Below, in pieces: positions 25,897-39,300 of a stretch of DNA of 64,000 nucleotides (its first letter is position 1; every line of letters starts with the position of its first letter). This stretch comes from Balanoglossus misakiensis (Eukaryota > Animalia > Hemichordata), in contig CM082581.2 in assembly GCA_040954595.2 (NCBI GenBank), forward strand, positions 4,766,699 through 4,830,698, given 5' to 3'. The notes under the pieces were generated by a model, which did no database searches, was not told where the DNA came from, and worked only from the letters and a program-made list of their open reading frames with translations. Both the position numbers and the translations under genes were made by a program.

Positions 25897-28888
25897 AACT
25901 ATACCATTTACATGTACATGTATATCGAGTTGATTGAAATGACCAGCTTAATGACGACAACATATTTTAATTCCAATAGAGACGTATCGTAATGAAGTGT
26001 TGCACACGCATGCTTACTGAGAACTCCCTCGTACAACGCTCTACTAAAACACTAAATTCTCTTTTAAAGAACAATACCATTCATACCGAATGCAGATGCT
26101 ATAGGCTATTAACAGAGAGAAATAGGTTTCTTCGCCCACTAAAAAATCTCATTAAACAGTTCCTATACTACAGTATCTAATGATGTTATACACAACTTTG
26201 TAATGAAAATGGAGTGTTTTACGCAGAATGACCATTATTTCATCGAGAAAGGGTAAGTGTCCAGACAACATAAAAATGTAAAGGTCGGAGTAAAAAATCT
26301 CATTCCAAAATATCCTTGGAACGAATGCCATAAAATAGCAATTTACCCACGACTATATACCTGCAATAACAGGAAGGAACTTTGGCGTGTGCAGTTCAAC
26401 CCTTTCTAATAGTACAGAGGGAAATCAATGTCACATGAGCTACACCGGGAGATTTACACAAAACTTCACCTTAAGTGAATACACTAACAGACCTCTCCAT
26501 GGACCTGCAAAAAATATTCGAGGACGGGGAAGACATAATACAAGATCAAAATGTCTAGTGCATGTTTATCTTTCACACCTGCCCCCAATCCCGGGAGTCT
26601 CCGTGCGAATTCTCTTTCACAAGATCGGATAAAAAATCACGTTTACGTGCAACCTGAGAAGTATGGTAACTGTAGCTGAACTGATGTTATGTTCCAATCT
26701 TACTTGTAATTCCGAATATTTTTTTCGCTGATATATATCAATATATATAGTGTATATAAGGTTAACTTTGCATAGATGTTTGTACTATGCTCAATGTAGT
26801 GTAAGTCTAAAGCGTAGGTTTTCTCCTTGAGCTTACTGTATGTTACAGTAACCGTGAATCAGGATGATATCATGTGACTATTACTACCGAACATGACATT
26901 AATTGCGATGATTGTCTTTCCTCTGTTAAAATTGCTTTCGTTAATACTCGAAAACGATGTTTTGGTGAGTCGTGATCCCCTTGTTACTTCGCGTTCATAG
27001 TAAACAAGAACTTAAGTTGACCTAGTTTTAAAAGCTAAAAGTGTTCATTATGCTGATAGACATGAAGTGGCCCACTCTCGCGAGCACAATCGTACCGTTT
27101 TGACGTATTGACGGATTTTGGATTAACTCCACTCGTTGACTTGGCTTTGCTGGGCTTTTTGACGTGAATTGTTATTTATAACAATGTAGGCCTACTTTGC
27201 ATAATTATGATACCAACAACCCAAACAACAGTTCAATCACACATGTGCCACAAGTTTGATATGTATAACATATCAAGACATTCTAGGAATTTATCCTGAC
27301 TGTGAAAGAATGTTCCAATGTTTTCTTTCATGTTTTTGTTTAGCGAGACGTAACCGTTCCCTACATGTCCAGTAATATTTCTTCGAGTGCAGCTCATGCT
27401 GTATACATTCCACACAACTTCTTAAAGACGACGGATAGATCTTGAAATGTTATTGAAACTGTCGCGGTTTTTTTATAATCAAAGCAAGTGAGTCAGGGCT
27501 TTTCAGAAAGTAGATAACTTCGATAGATATAGATATGTTGTATCCAAATATAACATTCTGACACTAAGCATTCTAACCCTTGTACTTTCATAAGTAATTT
27601 GTAGACATAGCAAATTACACTACTTTTGCTAACAAGGGCCATGGTTGACTGGCATAGCATGCTATAGCAGGATGAGTTTACCTATTCCGACACCCGGTAA
27701 CATAACTCAGTCGTGATTTAAGATGGTAGTATATTGATATTGTCATTTTGCACATGTTTCTCGGACTTAGTAATTGGCTTACCTTAAATGGCACAGTAAT
27801 GATTATTGGACCTGATTTGACGCCATGTTGTATTAATGATTCGTATGTTTAATATGCATAGAATGACGTAATGGTTTGGTTGCGGCTTGTGCGTTTTTTA
27901 CTGATCGAGGCACAATCAATGTTAATTCCTCATCCTTAGGCTTTACCAGACTCTAATGGCAATGGTATTGTTGTCCATGTTTCAATGTGCTGGGGTGAGA
28001 CACTGGTCTGCATTTCAAATCCCCGGTTTGAACCAGTTCTGGAAATAAGTGATTCTGTGATAAGTGATTTTTTTTTATTTGGAGTTTCCAACAGGTATTC
28101 TATGCCTTTCGCTTGCTGGGAGTTAGTGAAATGCCCCCCCCCCCCCCTCTCCTTTTCACATACCAGGCGGCGACGAACAAAAACACTACCCCCTCCCTTT
28201 CTCCAAGGACTTGTGGGAACACGCGCACGAATACCCATTTTATACTAAGCGTGACACCGCCATCGTTTGAATATTCCGAGTCAAGTCATGTCATATCAAT
28301 CACCGAGATGATGCGGATATGATGACTGTGCTGCAAAATGCAATCACAATAAAAAAACACACACCTCGTCACACAGGCGTCAAACTGATAGAAAGTTTCA
28401 GTTTAACTTTCCGATACAGACTAATGATCGTTAGATCATTGAACGTGCTCAAAAGGTCAAAGATCGTTTGTTTTCCCAGGATTCTGTTAAAAACTGTGCT
28501 AATTTGAATTATTAAGCAATTTACTAACCCACTAGGAAAATTAAACTGCCGATTTCTTGGCGCCGAAAACAGTAAAAGTCATCTACTAATCAATATGCCC
28601 TTGGCAAAGCCGAGGACAGTAAGGGTTGAAAATCTTGTGTGAAGTAGCTTTCGGGATTCAATTGAAATTGTAATCTTCTTTTAGGGACCTAAGTGTTATT
28701 GTATACAGAGGCGGCATGGATGTGTGAAATCTAGATACACAGTCGATAGAGCTCGCTCTATTTACGCAAATCCGTACACTCAGGGAAAATGCAAATATAT
28801 CTGCCACTGCCAGGGAATATAAGCATCAGACAGTGTTATTGAAAATGCCATTGTTTTGGAACCGAAACATATCACTCATTATACCAGC

Positions 28889-29716
28889 ATAATATATAAT
28901 AATCTTTTATTTGCGTTTTAAGGCCGCCGGCCCATATGCAAAGGGGGTACATTTAGATTTTTTCCAAAAGAGAGATACAACAAAACATATAAATGGAGTG
29001 CATAGCAAGGTATATCAGAACACAGATCGCATCACTGTGAGTAAACGTACATTACAGCTTTTTCTCGAAGTCTGAAAGCTCTGTGGACAAAATTACAGAG
29101 ACTAAGTAGGTCATCTGAAAGAGATGACCTCATAAACCTTAGAAATTTACAGAAATTTGGTTCCAGAAACAATTCCTTTGGTAAGTACCGTATTCTCAAA
29201 TTATTGTACAGTGGGCAAATTACAAGAAAGTGGTATTCATCTTCTACCATATTTGTGTTACAAACTTTACAAAATCTAAAAGCCGAAGCAATGTTATCTC
29301 TCCTGCCTTCTTCGATCGCAAGAGGGAGTACTGAACAGCGAAAATATGTAAATATTCGGATAGCTTGGTGATTACAGTGAAGGTACAAATATCTCTCAGG
29401 CTCTAGCAAACTTTTGAATTGGATATACGTGCGGAGTTTGGGTTTCAGTGAAGCTTTTTCGATCCAACGTTGTTTGTATACATCTTTGACTCTATTTTCG
29501 AAGATATACAGAAAATGTTTTTTGTCACCAACTTCCTGAGAAACCCAGGCAAACCCAAATCCGAATGAAAATAAAATATCCTTTACTGAGGTTGCCCAAG
29601 TATTTCTACCCATATTGTCTAAATTACACAACATCAAATATGCCTGCCTTGGAATTCTATGGGGTGGCATTTCGAGGAGTTTTAACCAGTAAGCGATGCA
29701 ACGTTTTATGGTGGTA
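28889..29716 (-). mobile_element. 5'-truncated non-LTR retrotransposon (LINE): ORF2 C-terminus plus 3' UTR and tail, RTE-X-like
   Basis: The frame is open from 29718 to 29032: ...RCIAYWLKLLEM...KPKLRTYIQFK...FRCSVLPLAIEEGR...CKVC-x9-H-x4-C, a post-RT zinc-knuckle region. The 3' end has a GGCC-3nt-GGCC hairpin (28922-28932), AATAAA (minus strand, 28911-28906) and a short TTA-type tail. Candidate TSD CATTATACC at 28877-28885 and 29717-29725. The clade assignment is from motif recall. Confidence 0.88.
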
Positions 29717-30863
29717 CATTATACCTATGAAAAACGAATAATTAAATTATGCTACCGTCCGCCATTCTGATTGGACTAGAGCTCAATCCAGCGATGCTAA
29801 AACGCTCAATATAGCACTGCTAACTCGATTTGGATACAATTCACTCCATATAGATCTCGCCCCTAACGGCTGTATGTCTGGAATTGTACCCAAATCTCGC
29901 GCATAAAACAGTCCTCTCACGTGACCATAATCAGTTCACATCTGGTTAAGACTGAACCAGAGTGAATACAAGTTAGATTACTGAATTATTGACCACCGCA
30001 ACTGTCTGCTAAAATATAGATACCATTTTAGACTCACGCAATAAAAGTTAACGGCACGTAATTCATTACAGAGACGTTTTATGATGATAAATCGCGTAAG
30101 ACGTACAATTGGGCGCATAGAAAATCGTATAAACAGTATCGGTTATGGCAAATGCATTTAGCTTATGACAAAAATATGACGTTTCTTCGGACGTGTGAAA
30201 TAACTGCATCAGGGTGAATAATACGAGACGCCGAGGCGTATAGACCTATCGCATGATTGCTCCAATCTCTTAAACACCGGGAAGAATCTCCGGTCTATAC
30301 AGCGATAAATATTGCTTCCAAGACGTGTTCGAACGGTTACAATGACCCTAGCGATCCATTAAGTTCTCTGTGCCATCTTTAGTTTAGATCTCTTCTGTAA
30401 GGGATCGGTGTGCTGTTGGCAATGGGTTGTATAGCCGAGTCCGCAATTTCCGTTGCTATCTGTGTGCGTAATGGGAAGTAAACAATCACATTATGCTCCT
30501 AATCTGAGTAGCTTTTAGAAGATATATGCGATGTTTCATTTCTTCCACAGGGTTTACTGGTTCTTCTCCCGAGTTGATTAAAATTGCCATAGGCCTGCAG
30601 TTAACACATCGATATCAACCCAAGCCCTTCGGTGGTGGTTTTTTTGACTGTATATGCCGGTATATGCAATTTCAAACTCTGCTAGACATGATAATTGCAT
30701 CTAATCGAGCATGCTTCGAGTATATAGGTGTTATATACAGTATAGTGCAAGCTGGCATGAGGCCAACAGATTGCCCGATACGGAAGTAAATTGACAGGTG
30801 GACGGGCGTTAGAGTTGTTTGACGGTCGAGAACACTGATGTCTGGTGGGAAGCCAGGTGGGGA

Positions 30864-31070
30864 GAGTGAATGAGTGAATGAATGAATGAATGAATGAATG
30901 AATGAATGAATGAATGAATGAATGAATGAATGAATGAATGAATGAATGAAAGGATGGATGGATGGATGGATGGATGGATGGATGGGTGGATTTGAGTGAG
31001 TGAGTGAGTGAGTGAGTGAGAGGTGAGTGAGTGAGTGAGTGAGTGAGTGAGTGAGTGAGTGAGTGAGTGA
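30864..31070. repeat. Compound (GAAT)/(GGAT)/(GAGT) microsatellite
   Basis: Direct reading. Confidence 0.98.
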
Positions 31071-34000
31071 AAGGCGGGCGCGGCTGGTAGTAAGTGAGTG
31101 AGTACATGGCTTGGTGGACTAGTGTGTGGTAGTGTGACTAAGTGAGTTTGTAAGTGAAACCACCTGAATTCTCTTCGAAATATTTTGAACGAACAAGATC
31201 AACTCAGTGAAGGTAATACACAGCGAAAAACCAAAGAAAATAATGGAGGAAGATTTAAAATTCTTTTGCTCAATGCCATGCAGAAGCTGAAATAAACATT
31301 GTATACCATTTCTAAGGAATAACTGTATAAATACGTATCTCCAGTGTAACGGATTTGGTGACTTTTTCATCCATTAGTATCTGGCTAGAGTAGTTTCAGT
31401 TACTCTATCTTGCCAGGATTCGGATCTGATTAAAAACTACTTCACGACAGAAATTGGAATGCTGACTTCTTTTCCAAGCTACTACATAATGGTCTTCCTG
31501 TGCGCCTATCCAAGCCTCACATCGTGACCTCTCACGTTCAATTCTAAATAGTTTACTGTTCGTAAATGGTAAAACGTGTTGTGGGGAATTCTTTGTTGTC
31601 TCCAGGCCGTCGATATTAAGAACGGTCTCTAAATGCCATCAATGATGTAATTATAAAGCCTAAAATTAGGATCGATGACGGGGAAATATTCCTGAAAGAC
31701 GGGATATCGACAAAAAGTCCATTTCTTTGTCGTTTGCTGCTATCTTTCCGGTTCAGGTGTTTCCGTAAGTGACTGCTGCACCACTATAAAATCCTTCGCA
31801 CCTGTGTCTTAGGCTCGACTTGTTTGTTTCACAGTTTTCAACAGCTGTTTTCCATTAGTGTATTGACTTGTGCTTGTTTATTGGATGAGTTGCATTCGCT
31901 GTCGAGAGCAATTTATTATCGAGCATCTAACCCCGTGGGCAAGTAAACAAGTTGTCCAGTGTATTTTTGGGACTATCAAATAAACTGAGTTATTTGTTCC
32001 TACGAACACATTTGCAGTGTACCTTATAAATGTTTGATTTCGGAACTAACAGGAAACACCTACCTTTTCATGCACTAAGGGTAAACTGAATCTGTGCCCA
32101 CACCCATGGGACGGCATGCTATGTGCGAGTATCCTTCATTAGAGAACAAAGAAGACGAGTCCACACCGTAATGATGGGAGAATACATGTACTTAGATATT
32201 CAAGTACCGACCGACAGTGCAAGTGGAGAGTATTCCCACTTGAAAGAAATTTGGAGTGATTGCGTGCGAATATAGTGGGTCGGTGTGGGCTTGAGTATAT
32301 GACAACACCAGAAAACATACACATTTCCCCCCGTAGATGTAACGTGTGATTAAGATGAAGATTACAAAATATTGCCCGAGATTTTGATGCAATAACTGGG
32401 GGGGGGGGGGGGTGTGTGGAATGGGGTATAGAGTGAGGTGTCATAATAGAAAAGTCATGATTACTGCTCGATTTCAGTATTGGGTAAGAATTGCCTGGTG
32501 TTGGCAAGTTGCTGTATAGGTCTGTGCTCAAGACAACGGAGTATTGTCTATGAAGTTGCTCACGTCACCAATAGTAGGCGTTACTGCTGAAGCGGTATAG
32601 CAGTAGACGCCATTTTAACAGAGTACCATAATAAGAAACGTGTTCTTTACAGTGTGTATAATTAGTCTCGGCAAAAACTACAAAAGTAAGGCCATCTCGT
32701 TCATCCCCTTTTTCATTTCCTTTCTGCAAGATAACGTTATAACGTCTCTAATTTATATAGTTGCGTAAGTTCGGTCTCGGCGTACATCAAAACAGGATTT
32801 GATAAAATTCAATGACAGCTATTTTTGTCTATATATTCTGATTTGGAGCCATGCTGTTATGCGAATTATGTTTCATTAATATTAATTTGTGACCCATTTT
32901 TCTCGAGTCAGTTGAATAAAAACGCTGGTCGTTCGCAATTAAACATTTTAAAACTTTTTACTGCTGGTTCATCTGTGGACAGTTCTTTATCAAAACCCAG
33001 CCCCGCAATATTATTCTTGCTTGACAACGAGTTTACTCGTATTTATTTCAAATCACCATGTCACCCGTTCGTGGTACAGAAACGTCAGTGAAATACGAGT
33101 ATTGATGTTTTTTTGTAAATGAGAAAAAACCATGGAGGCCTGCGTGAAATAGAAAGCAATTTCTTTCAAAGTTTAACGACCTGGCTCGACACTAATATTT
33201 CAAAAGGAGTCTTATATTGTTAATCCTGATATTCTTAGAAGAATGCATACATATCTGCAAAGCCTAGTTTTGCTGCCAGCAACAAACATCGTTCCAGCTA
33301 AAGCCAGTCTGATTTTGTCATATGTACAATGTCTAATGGATTTCGTGTCGATTCTAAAACCATTGACTCTTTCGTCACGACACCTAAGCGCGTGGTCTTA
33401 ACAGTAAAACGTGTCTGTTTTTTCTGACGTGTCGCTCTATATAATAATATCATTAGCGAAAAAATATCTATAGCAGATGAACCCGAAAGCTCTAAAAATC
33501 AATGCAAATCCATCGCCTTTATGTTAGTATTGAAACCTGCAACTTGATATGATAAAGTTTCATGCTAGGAGATTTTCTCTACATCGGCAAAACATCACGT
33601 ATATCACGAAAACTATGTTTGGACATACTGTACTTTTTATAAGTTTGCACGCCAGTCACTTTTCTCGGATCGATGTCGTCGATAAACTCTCGGTGAGAAT
33701 TTAAACAATTGCCGTCGATATTTCTCATCGAGAAACGCCGATATTGTACAATAAAAAGTGTGAAGATCGACAGTCTTGGTAAGATGAAATGATACGGAAC
33801 GCCAAGCCGATATTCAGCTCTTTGTAGGCTGATCACGGACGGATGCGTTTCAACGTCTTTGTGGGGTACAAGTGCAAGAATAATGTCAGCGGGGTTTCTG
33901 ACGGAAACAACCTTGTCGTCAAGGACGTGATTGGTTATTCAGGAGATACCGCGGGCACGTGGCGACGTAAAAAGTTCGCATGATCTTTAAATCTTGACTT

Positions 34001-36080
34001 CTCTCTGTGAAAGGAATCCATTCCAGTTTCCGGGAGTTACCGGGGCTGAATACCCCCCTAGGAACGAATGGAATCGCTCTGCGCGGTTAGCCTCGCAGGA
34101 AATGCGATCTGACATTTGGTGGAATTGAAAACCGGGGATTATAGTCTATCACGAAACATTTTCTTTCACGGAACGAAATTTCTGTTGTTGTCAGCGGAAA
34201 TGTATTTTATTCTAAAGGCAAAGGAAATATTGGAAGCATTCCATGCAATGTCCGCAAACAGCCGATTTAAAGATGACGGTTAACACTTACAATCACAGCG
34301 ATGCTTATAATTTAGCACACGTATACATCAACAGTTTAAGCGTCGCTGACCGTGACCCATAACTTGTATTGGGGTGGCCCTGCATCTAAAAACGCCGTAC
34401 AATCTGGCGCCTATACAGAGACCGACAGTATCTTATTCCAACCATCTTCCCCTTAGCTCAGCGCCTAATAAAGATATTCAAGCATCATTTATGATCATAA
34501 CATGAATTAACAGAGTGACATGCCTGATTCACACTTATGGACTTTCACACATTTTGTGTAGAAGTAACAGAACGAATCACAAAACAACTAATTCACATTG
34601 GTTCGTGTCACAGAGGACAGCCGAAGGTACATTTTATAACGAAATTACTCTGGTGCAATATTCCGTCGAGCGCTTTCCATTTTCGGTGTCAATTAAAATC
34701 AGAATTAATCTTGATTGTGGAGAACGCTTTTCACAGCCGGTGGAAATACAAGATAACACATTAAATGCTGTACGCTACTGCATGTGAGTGTCAAACCGAC
34801 GCTCACGTCAGATCTAAAACGTCGAGAAGTACTCAGACAACTTACAATTTCGCGCGTTCCATTAGCACTTCAAAGGCGAATAAAAGTCGTGCCGAGGGCA
34901 GATGTGTCGACTGTTGCATTGCGAACCCATTTCGATATTATGAAGTACACAACAAAACATGCGCATTGTATATCAGAATTTAAAATAAACGTCCACCCAT
35001 GTATAAAAGCATATGTCAGCAAAAGTCGCACCTCACCCCGGCCGCCAAATGTCAGGGTTCAGTAAAAAATACACATTGAGAGAAACGGATGATAGTTTCA
35101 ACACAAGTAAGAGAACAATCACGTGCGTGATTTTATCTTTGCATAATTCGTCTTTTTCCCCTAAATTCACTCAGAATGTAAAGATTTGCTATCTTTGTAT
35201 GTAATCCTCTGGTATGCATAAGCTTATGTCTGACGATTTGGGGGTACAAATCCATAATCCTTGAGAGACCGTCTTCATGTCGCCACGAACTTCATAAATT
35301 AAATCTGCTTCTCTGATTCTTGATATCGCATCCCCTTAGTGGAGATATGGAAACTGATATTGCTTTTAATATCCCGGTCTCTTGTTTCCACCTTTGTCGG
35401 GAGTGTGCCCCAATTATAAGTGATGACACGGCGCAGGGTGTTTTGTGATATCATGGCTATATTGTGTGGAAATAAACATCAACAGGCAGATGCACTCACT
35501 TTTAACGGGATGCCGCATCGCACTTTCTCATCTTCATAAAACGTGTCATTGTTTTCAACAACCACAAACACAACGACATATATTCCCCGTACGCACGAAT
35601 CAACACATCAAATCTGTACGTGTTCCAAACGCGTCGCCGGATTTTTCATACACCATAATGGATTCTACATAGCCCCAAACATCACGTACGGTATTCCATC
35701 TCGTTATTCATTCATTCCAGCCCCATATTTACCCATGGAATACATTGACTCCATTTCGCCCTGTCTCGTGTCATCATCCTAACCAGGTTAATCGCGGCGA
35801 AGATAAAGACCATATCTGAGTAATTGGAGCGATTTATGAAGAACTGAAATTAAGTTAGAATTACTGATCAGCAAACCAAGCGTACAATATGCAGTTATAC
35901 CCTCCATCAGCCTACAATCGCATAAATGAGAACTGTATATCCCACAAAAATGGAGTTATTGGACATGATGAGACATCAAAGTGAATGTCGTATCAAGTTC
36001 ATCAGATTTAACGAGCAAGACATATCAATTGAATTGGCGTCCACCAATGTAGTAGCATAGTAGTAACAGTAGTATAGTAG

Positions 36081-36300
36081 CAGAAAATCATTACAGATCT
36101 TCGAGTTATATAACCCCAACTGATATACTCCAGCTGCAGTTGAGTGTTTACCTCAGGAGTTAATTGAGTATTCCCCGGTGCGGTCTACAGTTAGAAGGTT
36201 TGTGCAAAATCAATCAAAGCAGTATTAGCAGTTATTTCAGACATTATTTCAGAAATGGTCGTCATAAGGTCGACGACCAAATTCCACTTTTTGTTAGAAT
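36081..36300 (-). pseudogene. Heavily decayed CR1/L2-type LINE reverse transcriptase fragment
   Basis: Across stops and frameshifts the minus strand reads LVVDLMTTISE...ALIDFAQTF*-TVDR...GILN*L...GV...ICNDFL. This resembles the RT region 'L.D......lDFsKAFDtVdH.iL..KL..GV....WI.DFL'. Confidence 0.45.
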
Positions 36301-39300
36301 CGTGCTTTGTAATTCTTATAATAAACAAGTTCATGGAAATGTAAAAGAATGCAGTGTAATAGTATAAGTTAATACCGACCATAATTCTGTCACTCTTACA
36401 TATGACCGACCGTCAGTCTTACCGAGGCCCGGGGATTTAGAAACTTAATTTAAGTCTTTTTACAAGATGAAAATTATATTCGAAAGATTAATGAGATAAT
36501 TCAAAGCATTATCCCTAGACTTGACAGAAGTCCGGCACAAAAACATGGGAGTATTTTAATAACAAAATTAAAGAAATTCCATTACCCACTCAAAAGTACA
36601 AGGAGAACAAAACAACTTGAAAAAAATGTATGCCCAAAAGGGGACCAAAGCTGCAGCCAAATGTGTTTATGGTTCGAAGACTGGTACCTCCCACATATAG
36701 AATTGAAGTAAAACTGCATTCTGTTTTGTTTAATGACACGTTACAGTTAGTTCGGCAACAAGATCACGTCCGTGGCCTTGACTTTAGGTTTGAGTGTTAT
36801 CAGCATCTAACATCAAGTGATGTGCCTGAAAATTAAGTGCGCAAAACATGAAATGAGGAGACAAACACCACACCTAGTGCGCAAATAACACCCCTCTCCC
36901 CAGAAAGAAATAGTATCACCTTCCCACAGATTGATCAAAGACATGATCATAACATCACTCTTGGCGGCAACATTCGATAGTTTGTGTTTCATATTACATC
37001 TAGTTGGTGCCATTCAGCTCTGCTTTTCAGACTTCAGTATCAATCGTCAGATCCTTGAATCCGCCATACGTATAAGAGTTGACGTCAGTAGTACAGGTTT
37101 CAGGAATATTACCGACTCTGTTTTCGACTATGTCGATTTTCGATTTTACCGAATAATGTCTTCAACAGCTATCATGTACATGTTACTTTATACATGTACA
37201 ATGTATGTCGGAAACATAAACTGTGACGCGGCGACGGGCTAAACAAGTAGAGCTTACGAAATTCGTACGACTCTATCCTACTTGCCTAATTATTTGAAGA
37301 AAAAAATGAATTTCAATAACAACCACGTTCATGATCATAAGATGGTAGCTGTTGGAAGATAATCTTGCTAGAAACAGAAGATGAAAAAATATGGTACTTT
37401 TATTTCATTTTATTAGCACTGCATCCAACAGGCGAAGCGGAATAACAGCATGAGTTTTAAAAAAATAAGCACACCTATTACAAACAATTACAGGACCAAA
37501 TCTAATGTATATAATGCACGCTTAAAATGGCGGTGAATGAACAAAGAACACTATTCCACTTCACGATGTAAAAACCAAACTCTCAACTGCGATTTAAGAG
37601 GTCAATATCACATTATACTATGCTATCAGAATCCTGTTATGCATGTATCTGTCACGACAAAGCTTATAGTATAGGCAAGGGTTCAAAGGAGTTTGCTGTA
37701 TAAACACACTGCTTGCTGTGATTTCAACCTCCAAGTTGCATTTTGTATAAGTGGTTTCATACGCGAATATGTTGTTTTCCATGTACCACCTACATTGCAC
37801 ATGTATATGTGGTACTTACCAAACTATCAAGCCATTTACCGTTAACTGAAGTTTTTATGAAGACAAGTAAACCATACATTATTTGCCACCCCATACCAAT
37901 ATAAATGAAAAATACTGTTTCACAAGTTCAATTAACCTAATTAAAAGCTGTGATAATCTCACTGATACATGTTCAGTTATCCTCTTCTATTTGGGGTGAA
38001 TATAAGAATATTACTAATACCACGGATATAACATTGTTTAAACATTAGAATGGTCTGCATTTGACAAGAATCATCATAGCTGCACGTAACAACTTTGCTC
38101 TGGTCGCCACCAAAATAGTTAATTTTATCTCCAGAAAGTTTATTTGTGAATTACATTTTCACAAGGCCGACTGAATAATTTTATCCTAATACATTAAAAT
38201 CACTGATAAGTTCTCATGGAGCTATTGATCACCTATTTCCGGGCCAGAAAATGATATTCACTTACGTATACGATACCGGATTTAGATTTAAAAAAAAAAC
38301 TCAAACAGCCAGTCGCGTTGATTGCTTATCAGTAAAGTTGAATTGGGTGGCATACGAAGCCTTATAGTCACTTGGAAGATCAGACTTGCAATTTGACAGA
38401 TGTCGCACTTGCACCGGAAAATCTGGTCTAATTTGTGTGCAGAAAAGTTGGGTGAAGGTGCAGGGCGGCGGGGATAGGAGTGATGGCATTCCTTGGTTGA
38501 CCGTGACTGGCGGTGCCGTCCGGAAGAACCACTTCCATTAACACATCACAAATTACCAAGTGTCGTGGAAGGCATTGCGTTCCCCAAGGATGCCAGGTTA
38601 CCTCCAAGGCCCATTAAAAGGCTACTGATTCATCACCTCGCCCGAAGACACGGTCAATAATTTAGCGCGCGGGCATAAATATCCTAAACACCAGGTGTCC
38701 ACCGTTGTCTTTCAGGTGCCGTTCGCGGGCGAGGAAGTGACGGCCAAATACCAGGCTAAAGCTGTTTACGTTTTACCTGCGATAACTTACCGTCGACGAC
38801 AGGTGTTAACGGAGCACAAAACAATAAATAAAATGATTACATTGAAAGAAAATCGATCGACGCCAAGATGCCAAGTGAGATCTCACGCGCCGCAACCTCG
38901 TTCTGGATAACCCCGAAGGCGTGTCGAAGTGACACACATTCAAATATATATAGTGTGTATCTCGTGTTTATCTCCAAAGTTGTCCGCTTAAAACAACAAT
39001 TTTTTCATGACAAATGATATTTATAGGTAATGTTGCAAAGCAATAACATTTCAGCATTTTAGTAAGTAATACACATGTACATTTTATTCAAATACATGTA
39101 TCTTAACATTATTTTAGCACCACTAAGCACATCGGTAAAAATAAAGCCGAACATTCTGTTAACGGTTACAATCCTGTTGCTGTCCTTTGTCTTTGAAACA
39201 CCAGCATTTTTTTGCCAACGAAATGGATCCGAAAATAGGTCGTAGATGTTTTGTTTTTGGATGATATTGATGGACACTAAATGAACAGATAACATATGTT

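Noticed and set aside
28524-28629. piggyBac-like TAACCC...GGGTTGA ends
   Set aside because: The TIR match is too short and there is no intact TTAA TSD.
34018-34070. Pre-miRNA-like fold (CCATTC...GAATGG)
   Set aside because: The stem is too bulged and discontinuous.
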